The notes under the pieces were generated by a model. It saw only the letters and a program-made list of their open reading frames with translations. It had not been told where the DNA came from and ran no database searches. A DNA stretch of 59,012 bases from an uncultured Oscillospiraceae bacterium. Its GTDB lineage: Bacteria; Bacillota; Clostridia; Oscillospirales; Oscillospiraceae. The stretch is taken from contig CAJFVK010000001.1 in NCBI GenBank assembly GCA_904420435.1, positions 1 to 59,012 on the forward strand, given 5' to 3'. This document shows positions 1-9,386 of this stretch, one piece after another (positions within the stretch are counted from its first letter, which is position 1; every line of letters starts with the position of its first letter). The translations under genes and the position numbers were made by a program.

Positions 1-86
1 CCCCCTCACCAGTCTGCGGACTGGTGTGTGCGCCCAGGGCGCACGGGTCAGGGGATTTCCGGCAGGCGCATGTCCTGCCGGAAATG
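1..86. repeat. Copy 1 of an ~86-nt GC-rich dispersed intergenic element (left end may be cut by the window)
   Basis: Aligns ungapped to 35814-35899 with 77 of 86 identical positions by manual count. Built of modules: hairpin CCAGTC-TGCG-GACTGG, 8-1-8 palindrome GTGCGCCC-A-GGGCGCAC, and hairpin CCGGCAGG-N7-CCTGCCGG. Partial extra copies of the last module lie at 124-138 and 158-175. Confidence 0.75.
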
Positions 87-325
87 GGAAGCGCCGCCCG
101 GGGCGGCTGAGTCGGGGAGTTTTTGCCAGGCGCATGTCCCCGGAAAAACAGACCGCCCCATGTCCTGCCGGAAAAAGGATTTTATTTTCTTCCTTTCGCC
201 CCAGGGCGAAAGAACCGGGGGGCCCAGCCCCTGCCCTTTGGAGGGACTGAGCCGGCGGAGAGGCCGCAGGGAAAGACCGCTCTCCTCCTGGTTTCCCCCC
301 ATCGCTGATTTGATGAAGAAAGGCA

Positions 326-2113
326 GTGAAGAGCTTGAGTCAAGGCAAGATCATCAAGGTATCCGGCCCGCTGGTGGTAGCGAACGGCATGGCGGACGCC
401 AACATGGCGGACGTGGTCCGTGTGGGTGAGCAGCGGCTCATCGGCGAGATTTTGAACATGACCGGCGACCAGGCCTCCATCCAGGTTTACGAGGAGACCA
501 GCGGCCTGGGGCCCGGCGCCGCGGTGGAGACCACCGGCGCGCCCCTAAGCGTGGAGCTGGGGCCGGGCCTGATGGAGAACATCTATGACGGCATCCAGCG
601 CCCCCTGGAGGAGATCGTCAAAAAGACCGGCGCCAACCTCCAGCGGGGCGTGGAGGTTCCCGCCCTGGACCGGGAGCGCCGGTGGGACTACACCCCGGCG
701 GCCAAGGTGGGCGACCAGGTGGTGGGCGGCGACGTGCTGGGCACCGTCCCGGAGACCAGCGTGGTGCTCCACAAGATCATGGTGCCCAACGGCGTCACCG
801 GCACGGTGGAGTGGGCCATTGAGGCCGGCAGCTACACCGTGGACCAGGTGGTGGCCAAGGTCCGCACCGACAAGGGCGAGCTCCGGGAGCTGACCATGGT
901 GCAGAAGTGGCCCGTCCGGGTGGGACGCCCCTACAAGAAGAAGTTCAACCCCTCGGCCCCCCTCCAGTCGGGCCAGCGGGTGATCGACACCCTCTTCCCC
1001 ATCGCCAAGGGCGGCACAGCCGCTGTCCCGGGGCCCTTCGGCTCCGGCAAGACCGTGGTCCAGCACCAGCTGGCCAAGTGGTCGGACGTGGACATCGTGG
1101 TGTACGTAGGCTGCGGCGAGCGGGGCAACGAGATGACCGACGTGCTCCGGGAGTTCCCGGAGCTCACCGACCCCCGCACCGGGGAGACCCTGATGAAGCG
1201 GACGGTGCTCATCGCCAACACCTCCGACATGCCCGTGGCCGCCCGTGAGGCCAGCGTCTACACCGGCATCACCATCGCCGAGTACTTCCGGGATATGGGC
1301 TATGACGTGGCCGTCATCGCCGACTCCACCTCCCGCTGGGCCGAGGCCCTCCGCGAGATGTCCGGCCGGCTGGAGGAGATGCCCGGCGAGGAGGGCTATC
1401 CCGCGTACCTGGCCAGCCGCCTGGCCCAGTTCTATGAGCGCTCCGGCGTGGTGCAGTGCGTGGGCAGCGAGGACCGCCAGGGGAGCCTGACCGCCGTGGG
1501 CGCCGTGTCACCCCCGGGCGGCGACCTCTCCGAGCCGGTGAGCCAGGCCACCATGCGGATCGTCAAGGTCTTCTGGGCCCTGGACGCCTCCCTGGCCTAC
1601 CGCCGCCACTTCCCCGCCATCAACTGGCTGAACTCCTACAGCCTGTATCTGGATACCCTGAAGCCCTGGTTTGACCAGCACTTCGGCCCGGCCTTCATGG
1701 AGAACCGCCAGAAGGCCATGGCCCTGCTCCAGGAGGAGGCCAGCCTCAACGAGATCGTCCAGCTGGTGGGCAAGGACGCCCTGAGCCCCGGCGACCAGCT
1801 GACGCTGGAGGTGGCCAAGATGATCCGGGAGGACTTCCTCCAGCAGAACGCCTTCATGGATGTGGACTCCTACTCCAGCCACGACCGGCAGGTGCGCCTG
1901 CTGGCCCTGATCATGGACTACGACCGGCTGGCCCGGGCCGCCATCGGCAGGGGCGCGCCCCTGCAGCCCCTGCTGGAGATCGGCGCCCGGGAGCGGATCG
2001 GCCGCGCCAAGAGCGTGGAGGCCGACCGCTACGCGGCGGAATACGGGGAGATTGCCCGGCAGATGGAGGAGGAGATCTCCGCCATCGCCGAGAAAGGCGG
2101 TGAGGACGAATGA
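326..2113 (+). CDS. atpA: V-type ATP synthase catalytic subunit A
   Basis: 595-aa ORF. It has the N-terminus [17 protein letters not shown], Walker A GPFGSGKT, and full-length resemblance to A/V-type ATPase A subunits. GTG start at 326; an alternative TTG at 335 (MSQGKII) cannot be excluded. Confidence 0.95.
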   Translation: MKSLSQGKIIKVSGPLVVANGMADANMADVVRVGEQRLIGEILNMTGDQASIQVYEETSGLGPGAAVETTGAPLSVELGPGLMENIYDGIQRPLEEIVKKTGANLQRGVEVPALDRERRWDYTPAAKVGDQVVGGDVLGTVPETSVVLHKIMVPNGVTGTVEWAIEAGSYTVDQVVAKVRTDKGELRELTMVQKWPVRVGRPYKKKFNPSAPLQSGQRVIDTLFPIAKGGTAAVPGPFGSGKTVVQHQLAKWSDVDIVVYVGCGERGNEMTDVLREFPELTDPRTGETLMKRTVLIANTSDMPVAAREASVYTGITIAEYFRDMGYDVAVIADSTSRWAEALREMSGRLEEMPGEEGYPAYLASRLAQFYERSGVVQCVGSEDRQGSLTAVGAVSPPGGDLSEPVSQATMRIVKVFWALDASLAYRRHFPAINWLNSYSLYLDTLKPWFDQHFGPAFMENRQKAMALLQEEASLNEIVQLVGKDALSPGDQLTLEVAKMIREDFLQQNAFMDVDSYSSHDRQVRLLALIMDYDRLARAAIGRGAPLQPLLEIGARERIGRAKSVEADRYAAEYGEIARQMEEEISAIAEKGGEDE

Positions 2114-3492
2114 TGAAGGAATATCGCACCATCCACGAGGTGTCCGGCCCCCTGATGGTGGTCAACCAGGTGGAGGGCGTCACCTACGACGAGCTGGGCG
2201 AGATCGAGCTCAGCGACGGCAGCGTCCGCCGCTGCCAGGTGCTGGAGGTCAGCGGGGACACCGCGGTGGTCCAGCTCTTTGACAGCAGCGCCGGCATCAA
2301 CCTGCGGGACTCCAAGATCCGCTTTTTGGGCCACCCCCTGGAGCTGGCCGTCAGCGGCGATATGCTGGGCCGGGTCTTCAACGGCATGGGCCAGCCCATC
2401 GACGGGGGCCCCGCCATCCTGCCGGAGGCCTACAAGGACATCAACGGCCTGCCCATGAACCCGGCCGCCCGGGACTACCCCAACGAGTTCATCCAGACCG
2501 GGGTCAGCACCATCGACGGGCTGAACACCCTGGTCCGCGGCCAGAAGCTGCCCATCTTCTCCGGTTCCGGCCTGCCCCACGCCCAGCTGGCGGCCCAGAT
2601 CGCCCGCCAGGCCAAGGTGCTGGGGGACGACACCTCCAACTTCGCCGTGGTGTTCGCCGCCATCGGCATCACCTTCGAGGAGTCGGAGTACTTCGTCAAT
2701 GAGTTCAAGCGCACCGGCGCCATCGACCGGACCGTGCTCTTCACCAACCTGGCCAACGACCCCGCTGTGGAGCGGATCGCCACCCCCCGGATGGCCCTGA
2801 CCGCCGCGGAGTACCTGGCCTTTGAGAAGGATATGCACGTGCTGGTGATTCTCACGGATATCACCAACTACGCCGAGGCCCTCCGGGAGGTGTCCGCGGC
2901 CAAGAAGGAGGTGCCGGGCCGCCGGGGCTATCCGGGCTACCTGTACACCAACCTGGCCACCATCTACGAGCGGGCCGGCCGGCAGCTGGGGAAGAAGGGC
3001 TCCATTACCCTGATCCCCATTCTGACCATGCCCGAGGACGACAAGACCCACCCCATCCCGGACCTGACCGGCTATATCACCGAGGGCCAGATCATCCTCT
3101 CCCGGGACCTGTACCACAAGGGCATCCTGCCCCCGGTAGACGTGCTGCCCAGCCTGAGCCGCCTGAAGGACAAGGGCATCGGCGCGGGCAAGACCCGGGA
3201 GGACCACGCCTCCACCATGAACCAGCTCTTCGCCGCCTACGCCGCCGGCAAGGAGGCCAAGGAGCTCATGACCATTCTGGGCGAGGCGGCCCTGAGCCCC
3301 ACGGACCTGCTGTACGCCAAATTTGCCGACGAGTTTGAGCGGCGCTACGTGTCCCAGGGCTTTGAGGAGAACCGCTCCATTGAGGAGACCCTGGACCTGG
3401 GCTGGGAGCTGCTCTCCATCCTGCCCAGAGGCGAGCTCAAGCGCATCAAGGAGGACATGATCGACAAGTATCTGCCCAAGGCAGAGGCGTAG
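2110..3492 (+). CDS. atpB: V-type ATP synthase subunit B
   Basis: 460-aa ORF. Its start overlaps the atpA stop by 4 nt (ATGA). [14 protein letters not shown] and the rest of the protein are typical of the non-catalytic B subunit. Confidence 0.95.
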   Translation: MMKEYRTIHEVSGPLMVVNQVEGVTYDELGEIELSDGSVRRCQVLEVSGDTAVVQLFDSSAGINLRDSKIRFLGHPLELAVSGDMLGRVFNGMGQPIDGGPAILPEAYKDINGLPMNPAARDYPNEFIQTGVSTIDGLNTLVRGQKLPIFSGSGLPHAQLAAQIARQAKVLGDDTSNFAVVFAAIGITFEESEYFVNEFKRTGAIDRTVLFTNLANDPAVERIATPRMALTAAEYLAFEKDMHVLVILTDITNYAEALREVSAAKKEVPGRRGYPGYLYTNLATIYERAGRQLGKKGSITLIPILTMPEDDKTHPIPDLTGYITEGQIILSRDLYHKGILPPVDVLPSLSRLKDKGIGAGKTREDHASTMNQLFAAYAAGKEAKELMTILGEAALSPTDLLYAKFADEFERRYVSQGFEENRSIEETLDLGWELLSILPRGELKRIKEDMIDKYLPKAEA

Positions 3493-3510
3493 GAGGGGGA
3501 GGGAACCGGA

Positions 3511-3630
3511 ATGCTGCGATATATTGCCAGGCGAGCCCTCCGGCATATGACGAACCTGCTGGCCGCGACGTTTTTGGTGTACGCGATGTTCTCCCATGTG
3601 CCGAACTACTCCATTTTGATACTCGGCTGA
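3511..3630 (+). other. Orphan 39-codon ORF resembling the N-terminus of an Opp/Dpp-type ABC permease (gene fragment or small membrane peptide)
   Basis: ATG at 3511 sits 8 nt after AGGAGGGGGAGGG. Translation is MLRYIARRALRHMTNLLAATFLVYAMFSHVPNYSILILG, ending with a stop at 3628-3630. The pattern MLxYIxRR + hydrophobic helix + H.P mimics OppB/DppB N-termini. It lies in the 173-nt atpB-atpD spacer. Confidence 0.3.
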
Positions 3631-3665
3631 CGCGGCGATGATTCTCGTGAAAAGAGGTGACGACT

Positions 3666-4322
3666 ATGCCCTCCGCAACCGTAAACCCCACCCGGATGGA
3701 GCTGACCCGGCTGAAGGGCCGGCTGAAGACCGCCACCCGGGGCCACAAGCTTTTGAAGGATAAGCGGGACGAGCTGATGAAGCAGTTCCTGGAGGTCATG
3801 CGGAAGAACAAGGCCCTCCGGGCCAAGGTGGAGGCCGGGCTGGAGGAGGCCAACGCCGCCTTCACCGTGGCCAGCGCCGTCATGTCCCCGGAGATGCTGG
3901 AGCAGGCCCTGCTCTACCCCAAGCAGAGCGTGGAGCTGGAGATGACCTTCCGGAACATCATGAGCGTGGATGTGCCGGTGTACACCTTCCACACCCGCAA
4001 CGAGGACCCCACGGAGATCTATCCCTACGGCTTCGCCCAGACCAGCGGCGAGCTGGATATCGCCCTGGAGGCCCTGAGCCGGGTGTTCCGGGACATGCTG
4101 GAGCTGGCGGAGGTGGAGAAGACCATGCAGCTGCTGGCCCAGGACATTGAGAAGACCCGCCGCCGGGTCAACGCCCTGGAGTATGTGATGATCCCGGAGA
4201 TGCAGGAGAAGATCCGCTATATCTCCATGAAGCTGGAGGAGAACGAGCGGGGCAACATCACCCGCCTGATGAAGGTGAAAGACATGGTGCTCCAGGAGGC
4301 CCACAACTTCAAGCCCGCGTAA
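3666..4322 (+). CDS. atpD: V-type ATP synthase subunit D
   Basis: ORF frame 3657-4322, with ATG at 3666 preceded by AGAGGTG. TRMELTRLKGRLKTATRGHKLLKDKRDEL is the conserved subunit D N-terminus. Confidence 0.93.
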   Translation: MPSATVNPTRMELTRLKGRLKTATRGHKLLKDKRDELMKQFLEVMRKNKALRAKVEAGLEEANAAFTVASAVMSPEMLEQALLYPKQSVELEMTFRNIMSVDVPVYTFHTRNEDPTEIYPYGFAQTSGELDIALEALSRVFRDMLELAEVEKTMQLLAQDIEKTRRRVNALEYVMIPEMQEKIRYISMKLEENERGNITRLMKVKDMVLQEAHNFKPA

Positions 4323-4336
4323 CAAAAAAGGAAAAG

Positions 4337-4366
4337 GAGGCCCCATTCCACTGGAATGGGGCCTCC
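4337..4366. terminator. Perfect 14-bp-arm hairpin just after atpD (copy 1 of a duplicated palindrome)
   Basis: GGAGGCCCCATTCC-ACTG-GAATGGGGCCTCC. The T-run is only on the minus-strand side (AAAAAAGGAAAA precedes it on plus). A near-identical core occurs at 4568-4594. Confidence 0.6.
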
Positions 4367-4567
4367 CTTGTGACAAGAAAGCCGCGCAGCGTTCGCGCCC
4401 GCAGGCGCGAAAAAAAGAAGATTCGTTTTCGGCCGCGACATGTGCGTGGGCGAAAACACTTCTCGGAGCGCAAACGTGCGAGCCGGCCGCCTGAGGCGGC
4501 CGGTGCGTGCGCTGCGGCGCTCTGCAAGCGATCCGCCGAAAATGGCGCCTCCTTTTTCGGCGGTGAA

Positions 4568-4594
4568 AGGCCCCATTCCATTGGAATGGGGCCT
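4568..4594. terminator. Hairpin just downstream of gatD (copy 2 of the duplicated palindrome)
   Basis: AGGCCCCATTCCATTGGAATGGGGCCT lies 44 nt after the gatD stop on the minus strand. It shares the core GGCCCCATTCCAYTGGAATGGGGCC with 4337-4366. Confidence 0.55.
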
Positions 4595-4637
4595 CCTTTA
4601 CCGAACATCCTCTGACCGAAGGGCATGAAAGCGATCC

Positions 4638-5366
4638 TCAGCCCAGCCGGGAGCGCAGCTCCCCCGCTGTCACCGCCCAGGCCGCCGCCTCGTGGGGATA
4701 GACAGGCCGCTCCGCCGGCAGTTCCCAGCCCTTGGCGGCAAAGAGCCGCTTCACCAGCAGGTCGGTGAAGGCCGGGTTTTTCACCAGCACCGGCCCGGTG
4801 ATGTGGGTGGCGAACACGTTCCCGGACACGTACCCCTCGCCGCCCCCCTCCCGGTCGTTGCCAAAGCCCATGGACAGGGCGGAGAACAGGGGCGTGGTGA
4901 TGCCGGCGGTGGTGGAGCACTTGTTCATGAACCCCACCGCCGTTTCCTCCCACAGCACCGGCGCGGCCAGCACGTCGTGGGGGGTCCGCCGGTCGGTCTC
5001 CACCGTGGTGAAGTCCCCGAAGCCCAGGCCCTGCCAGACCTTTCCATCCTTGTCCGTGACCGAGGCGCCCAGGGCTTCCATGGCGTTTCCGGTGAAGAGG
5101 AGCACAGCCCCCGCCTCCGCCGCCGCCTTCAGGGAAGCGGCGTGGGGCTGCAGGTCCGTGAGCACCGCCTTCTGGCTGCGCTCCGTGCCGGCGCCCATGT
5201 AGATGAGGTCCGCGCCGGAGAAGTCCTTTTCGTCCTCAAAGGTCAGCCCACGGATCGCTGTTTCCACCCCCAGATCCTGGAGGTGGCGGCACAGCACCGC
5301 CAGGTTGGCGTACTCCCCGTAGAGGCTCATGAGCTCCGGGTAGAGATGGATCATATTCAGCTTCAT
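4638..5366 (-). CDS. gatD: GatD-like (CobB/CobQ-type) glutamine amidotransferase partner of MurT; nucleophile Cys apparently absent
   Basis: 242-aa ORF directly downstream of murT. It has family-like blocks (LIYMGAGTE, GFMNK, ATHITGPVLVKNP). The expected G-x-C-G-G-x-Q elbow is replaced by FTGNAMEALG in my by-eye alignment. Confidence 0.75.
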   Translation of the reverse strand: MKLNMIHLYPELMSLYGEYANLAVLCRHLQDLGVETAIRGLTFEDEKDFSGADLIYMGAGTERSQKAVLTDLQPHAASLKAAAEAGAVLLFTGNAMEALGASVTDKDGKVWQGLGFGDFTTVETDRRTPHDVLAAPVLWEETAVGFMNKCSTTAGITTPLFSALSMGFGNDREGGGEGYVSGNVFATHITGPVLVKNPAFTDLLVKRLFAAKGWELPAERPVYPHEAAAWAVTAGELRSRLG

Positions 5367-5378
5367 AGCGCTTCCCTC

Positions 5379-6707
5379 CTATGCTTCCGCCTGGGTGTGC
5401 TCCAGCAGCTTGTCCCGGTCGGAGAAGCAGGTGACCACGTACAGGTCCTCCTCCCCCTCCGCCGCCAGCCGCCGGGCGGCCTGGGCGATGTCCGGCTCCA
5501 GGACGATCCGCTCCGCCGGCACGCTGGTGTAGTCAAAGCGCATGGCCAGGTCGTTGACATATTTGCCGCAGAGCCAGACCCTCCTGACGTGGGGGCAGCT
5601 GAGCTGGTCGAAGTCGATGTCCCACAGCCAGCTGGTCTCCCCGGTGAAGTACTTCCGGCTCACCGCGTCCACGATCACCAGCACCGAGCACTCCCGCTCC
5701 AGGCTCCGGATATACCGGAGGTTGGTGTCGTAGGCCACGGAGTTCTCGTGCTTGCTGGTGAGGAGGGTGCCCTGGTGCTGCCCCAGGCGGAAGCGGACCA
5801 TCCGGCCGTTTTTCAGGATATACCGGCTGATCACCGCCGCCATGTCCGCCCCCGGCACGCCGCACAGCCGACACACGGACCAGGCGGCCAGGATGTTGTA
5901 GACGTTGTAGATACTCCGGAAGGAGAGGTCCACGGCAAACTGGCCGTCGATCTCCAGGCGGCCTGCCTGCAGATCCAGATTGGTGCCGGCGAAGTCCGGC
6001 GCGGGCCGGTGGTGGCCGCACCGGGTGCAGCGGTAGTGGCCGATGTGGTTGTAGTGGTAGAGGGTGTATGCCATCTTCCCCTTGCACAGGGGACACCGGG
6101 CCCCGTCGTTGTAGACCCCGTGGTGCTCCGCCGTGGCGCCGCTCCAGGCCTCCAGGCCGAACCACTTGACCTTTTCGTGGTTTTGGGCGAAGCAGGACAC
6201 CAGGGGGTCGTCGGCGTTGAGGACCAGGGTGGTTTCCGGGTGGATGGCGGGGAGGATGGCGTCAAAGACCCACTCCGGGTGGCCGTTGCGGGTCAGCTGG
6301 TCCCGGTAGAGGTTGGTGATGACGAAGTGGGTGGGGTGGAAGTAGCGGAAGGAGTAGCGGGCGTAGCGCTCGTCGCTCTCCAGCAGCAGCACGTCCCCCT
6401 TCATCCGGCCCCCCAGGGTGCAGTGGGAGAGGATCAGGGTGGTGACCCCCTCGATCTGGTTGGAGCCCTCGGCGTTGTAGACCACCTGCTTCCCCTGGCT
6501 CCGGAGGATGGCGGCGATCATCTCCACGGTGGAGGTCTTGCCGTTGGAGCCGGTGACGGCGATCACATGAGGGGGCAGCTTCACCCGGCCCAGCACGTCA
6601 GGGCAGACCTTCAGGGCATACTGGCCCGGCAGGCTGCTGCCCTTCCCTACCAGCTTGCCGATGAACCGCAGGATTTTGCACAGGATAATGGCCAGAACCA
6701 TTCTCAT
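5379..6707 (-). CDS. murT: MurT-like Mur ligase family protein (lipid II isoglutaminyl synthase subunit)
   Basis: 442 aa. It has the P-loop VTGSNGKTST, a Cys4 ribbon CPLC...CTRC, and C-terminal ETSWLWDIDFD as in the MurT C-terminal domain. Its start overlaps the upstream hydrolase stop (ATGA). Confidence 0.88.
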   Translation of the reverse strand: MRMVLAIILCKILRFIGKLVGKGSSLPGQYALKVCPDVLGRVKLPPHVIAVTGSNGKTSTVEMIAAILRSQGKQVVYNAEGSNQIEGVTTLILSHCTLGGRMKGDVLLLESDERYARYSFRYFHPTHFVITNLYRDQLTRNGHPEWVFDAILPAIHPETTLVLNADDPLVSCFAQNHEKVKWFGLEAWSGATAEHHGVYNDGARCPLCKGKMAYTLYHYNHIGHYRCTRCGHHRPAPDFAGTNLDLQAGRLEIDGQFAVDLSFRSIYNVYNILAAWSVCRLCGVPGADMAAVISRYILKNGRMVRFRLGQHQGTLLTSKHENSVAYDTNLRYIRSLERECSVLVIVDAVSRKYFTGETSWLWDIDFDQLSCPHVRRVWLCGKYVNDLAMRFDYTSVPAERIVLEPDIAQAARRLAAEGEEDLYVVTCFSDRDKLLEHTQAEA

Positions 6708-7423
6708 AGGGAATCCCTCCTTGCCTCCGGACGGCGCTCACCCGGGGGCTGGGCCAGAAAATCGGCCACAGCCCGGTAAAAGGCGTCCGGGCTTTCTTTT
6801 GCGATAAAATGGCTCCCCTCCAGCAGCTGGAGCCGGGCGCCGGGGATGTGCTCGGCGATCAGCCGGGTGTGCTCCGGCCGGATCATGTCCCGGGTCCCGG
6901 CGATCACCAGGGTGGGCATGGTGAGCCGCTCCAGCTCCCCGGGCGGGATGTGGGGCTCCCGGACCATGAGGCCCAGCAGCTCCGCGTTGCGCCGGGCCTT
7001 CTGCCCGGGAAACAGGGAGGCTATCCGGTAGCCCAGGACAATGGGGATCTGGGTGGAGGGCTTCACGCCGCCGGGGTCCAGGTTGGCTCCGTTGAGCACC
7101 AGCCGGCTCACCCGCTCCGGGTGTTCCAGGGCGAAGAGCAGGGCGATGTTGCCCCCGTCGCTGAAGCCCAGCAGGTCCGCCTGTTCGATCCCCTCCCGGT
7201 CCAGGAAGGCCAGCAGATCCCGGGCAAACTGGACGAGGGTGAAGGGGGCGTTCCCCCGGGGGGACTGGCCGTGGCCCCGGGTGTCCAGGGCGTAGACCCG
7301 GCGGAAGGCGGCAAAGCGGGGGATCAGGGGAGCGAAGTAGGTGTGGTCCTCCCCGTTGCCGTGGAGCAGGACCAGCGGATGCCCCTGGCCGACGCGCTGG
7401 CAGTAGAGCTGGATGTCGTCCAT
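6704..7423 (-). CDS. Alpha/beta hydrolase fold protein
   Basis: ORF frame 6704-7444, with ATG at 7423 preceded by AAAGGAG. It has HGNGED (oxyanion region) and the GFSDGG nucleophile elbow. Confidence 0.85.
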   Translation of the reverse strand: MDDIQLYCQRVGQGHPLVLLHGNGEDHTYFAPLIPRFAAFRRVYALDTRGHGQSPRGNAPFTLVQFARDLLAFLDREGIEQADLLGFSDGGNIALLFALEHPERVSRLVLNGANLDPGGVKPSTQIPIVLGYRIASLFPGQKARRNAELLGLMVREPHIPPGELERLTMPTLVIAGTRDMIRPEHTRLIAEHIPGARLQLLEGSHFIAKESPDAFYRAVADFLAQPPGERRPEARRDSL

Positions 7424-7491
7424 GAAGTTCTCCTTTTTCGGCACTGGCCGTGCCGGCGTTTTTGCATGGCAAATGCCACAAAACGCCCCCT

Positions 7492-9363
7492 TTACCCCTG
7501 CCGCTCCAGCGCGATCATCAGCGCGGCCACATCCGCCGGGCTGACGCCGGAGATCCGGCTGGCCTGCCCCAGGTTCAGGGGCCGGACGGCGCTGAGTTTC
7601 TCCCGGGCCTCCAGCCGGAGCCCCTGGATGGACTGGTAGTCCAGCTCCGGCGGCAGCCTCCGGCTCTCCAGCCTCCGGAAGTCCTCCACCTCCTGGAGCT
7701 GGCGCTGGATGTACCCCTCGTATTTGACGGCGATCTCCACCTCCTCCGCCACCTCCGGCGGCAGGTCGGGGAAGGCCGGGTCAAAGGGCCGGAGATCCTC
7801 ATAGCGGATCTGGGGCCGCCGCAGCAGGGCCAGCAGGGAGGCTCCATCGCTGACCGGGGTGGTGCCACGGCTGGTGAGAAAGTCGTTCAGGGCCGGAGAG
7901 GGGGCCACCCCCTGGCGGCCCAGCCGCCGGATCTCCCGGCGGACGGCGGCGTATTTCTCCTCCACCGCCCGGAGCCGCTCCTCGCTGACCAGGCCGATCT
8001 CGCGGCCGATGGCGCACAGCCGCTCGTCGGCGTTGTCCTGGCGCAGGAGCAGCCGGTACTCGCTGCGGCTGGTCATCATCCGGTAGGGCTCCTCGGTGCC
8101 CTTGGTGACCAGGTCGTCGATCAGGGTGCCGATGTAGGACTGGCTACGGGACAGGATCAGGGGGGGCTTCCCCTGGAGCTTCCTGGCGGCGTTGACCCCG
8201 GCCACAAAGCCCTGGACCGCCGCCTCCTCATACCCGGAGGAGCCGCAGAACTGCCCCGCCCCGTAGAGGCCGGGGATTTTTTTTGCCTCCAGTGTGGGCA
8301 GCAGCTCCAGGGGGTCCACGCAGTCGTACTCGATGGCGTAGGCCGGCCGCATCATCTCCGCGTGCTCCAGGCCGGGGATGGTGTGGAGCATCTGCAGCTG
8401 CACCTCCTCCGGCATGGCCGAGGAGAAGCCCTGGATGTAGAGCTCCTCCGTATCAAGGCCCATGGGCTCGATGAACAGCTGGTGGCGCTTCTTGTCGGCA
8501 AAGCGGGTGACCTTGGTCTCAATGCTGGGGCAGTACCGGGGCCCTACCCCCTCGATGACGCCGCTGTGCATGGGGGAGCGGTGGAGATTGGCCCGGATGA
8601 TGGCGTGGGTTTCCTCGTTGGTGTAGGTCAGGTAGCACACCGCCCGGTTCACCGGCCGCTCCCTGGTTTCAAAGGAGAAGGGCTGGGTCTCCCGGTCCCC
8701 CTCCTGGAGCTCCATTCTGGAGAAGTCCACCGTCCGCCGGTTCACCCGGGGGGGCGTGCCGGTCTTGAAGCGCCGCAGGCGCAATCCCATGGCGGTCAGC
8801 TTCCCGGTGAGCTCCGTGGCGGCGAACATGCCGTCGGGCCCTCCCTGGCGGACGCACTCCCCCACGATGGTCCGGCCGTTCAGATAGGTGCCTGAGCAGA
8901 CGATGGCCGCCTTCACCCGGAACACCGCCCCGGTCTGGAGGGTGACGGAGGCCACCCGGCCTCCCTCGAGGCCGATGTCCACCACCTCCCCCTGGCGCAG
9001 GGACAGGTTCTCCTGCCGCTCCAGGGTGTGCTTCATGATCTCCTGGTACCGCCGGCGGTCCGCCTGGGCCCGGAGGCTGTGGACCGCCGGCCCCTTCCCC
9101 CGGTTCAAAAGCCGGTACTGGATGCAGGCGGCGTCCGCCGCCCGGGCCATCTCCCCCCCCAGGGCGTCCAGCTCCCGGACCAGGTGGCCCTTGCCGGTGC
9201 CGCCGATGGCCGGGTTGCAGGGCATGTTGCCCACCGCGTCCAGGTTGATGGTGAAGCAGAGGGTCCGCAGGCCCAGCCGGGCCGCGGCCAGGGCCGCCTC
9301 GATCCCCGCGTGTCCCGCGCCGATGACGGCGATATCGTATTGTCCTGCCAGAAACGTGTCCAT
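7492..9363 (-). CDS. mnmG: tRNA uridine 5-carboxymethylaminomethyl modification enzyme MnmG (GidA)
   Basis: 623 aa. It has the FAD motif [15 protein letters not shown] and full-length GidA-like sequence. Confidence 0.95.
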   Translation of the reverse strand: MDTFLAGQYDIAVIGAGHAGIEAALAAARLGLRTLCFTINLDAVGNMPCNPAIGGTGKGHLVRELDALGGEMARAADAACIQYRLLNRGKGPAVHSLRAQADRRRYQEIMKHTLERQENLSLRQGEVVDIGLEGGRVASVTLQTGAVFRVKAAIVCSGTYLNGRTIVGECVRQGGPDGMFAATELTGKLTAMGLRLRRFKTGTPPRVNRRTVDFSRMELQEGDRETQPFSFETRERPVNRAVCYLTYTNEETHAIIRANLHRSPMHSGVIEGVGPRYCPSIETKVTRFADKKRHQLFIEPMGLDTEELYIQGFSSAMPEEVQLQMLHTIPGLEHAEMMRPAYAIEYDCVDPLELLPTLEAKKIPGLYGAGQFCGSSGYEEAAVQGFVAGVNAARKLQGKPPLILSRSQSYIGTLIDDLVTKGTEEPYRMMTSRSEYRLLLRQDNADERLCAIGREIGLVSEERLRAVEEKYAAVRREIRRLGRQGVAPSPALNDFLTSRGTTPVSDGASLLALLRRPQIRYEDLRPFDPAFPDLPPEVAEEVEIAVKYEGYIQRQLQEVEDFRRLESRRLPPELDYQSIQGLRLEAREKLSAVRPLNLGQASRISGVSPADVAALMIALERQG

Positions 9364-9386
9364 AGCGCTCCTCTGATCTGTTGGAG

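Noticed and set aside
26-429. ORFs 26-250, 28-429, 48-302 and 123-308 at the left edge, and the similar MCAQGARV... start of 35839-36318.
   Set aside because: They lie inside the dispersed repeat and hairpin region. The shared peptide start simply reflects the DNA repeat. They have no SD and a nonsense composition.
2029-3597. Very long antisense or alternative-frame ORFs in the ORF track. Examples: 2029-3597(-), 4692-6779(+), 9381-10433(+), 20795-23029(+), 26412-28262(+), 28301-30031(+), 33529-35898(-), 45570-47840(+), 52535-55573(-), 55474-57696(-).
   Set aside because: Their translations are low-complexity Gly/Ala/Arg/Pro/His-rich strings with no motifs. They lie opposite ORFs with clear family signatures and lack SD sequences. 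This is typical stop-codon-poor shadow frames of GC-rich DNA.
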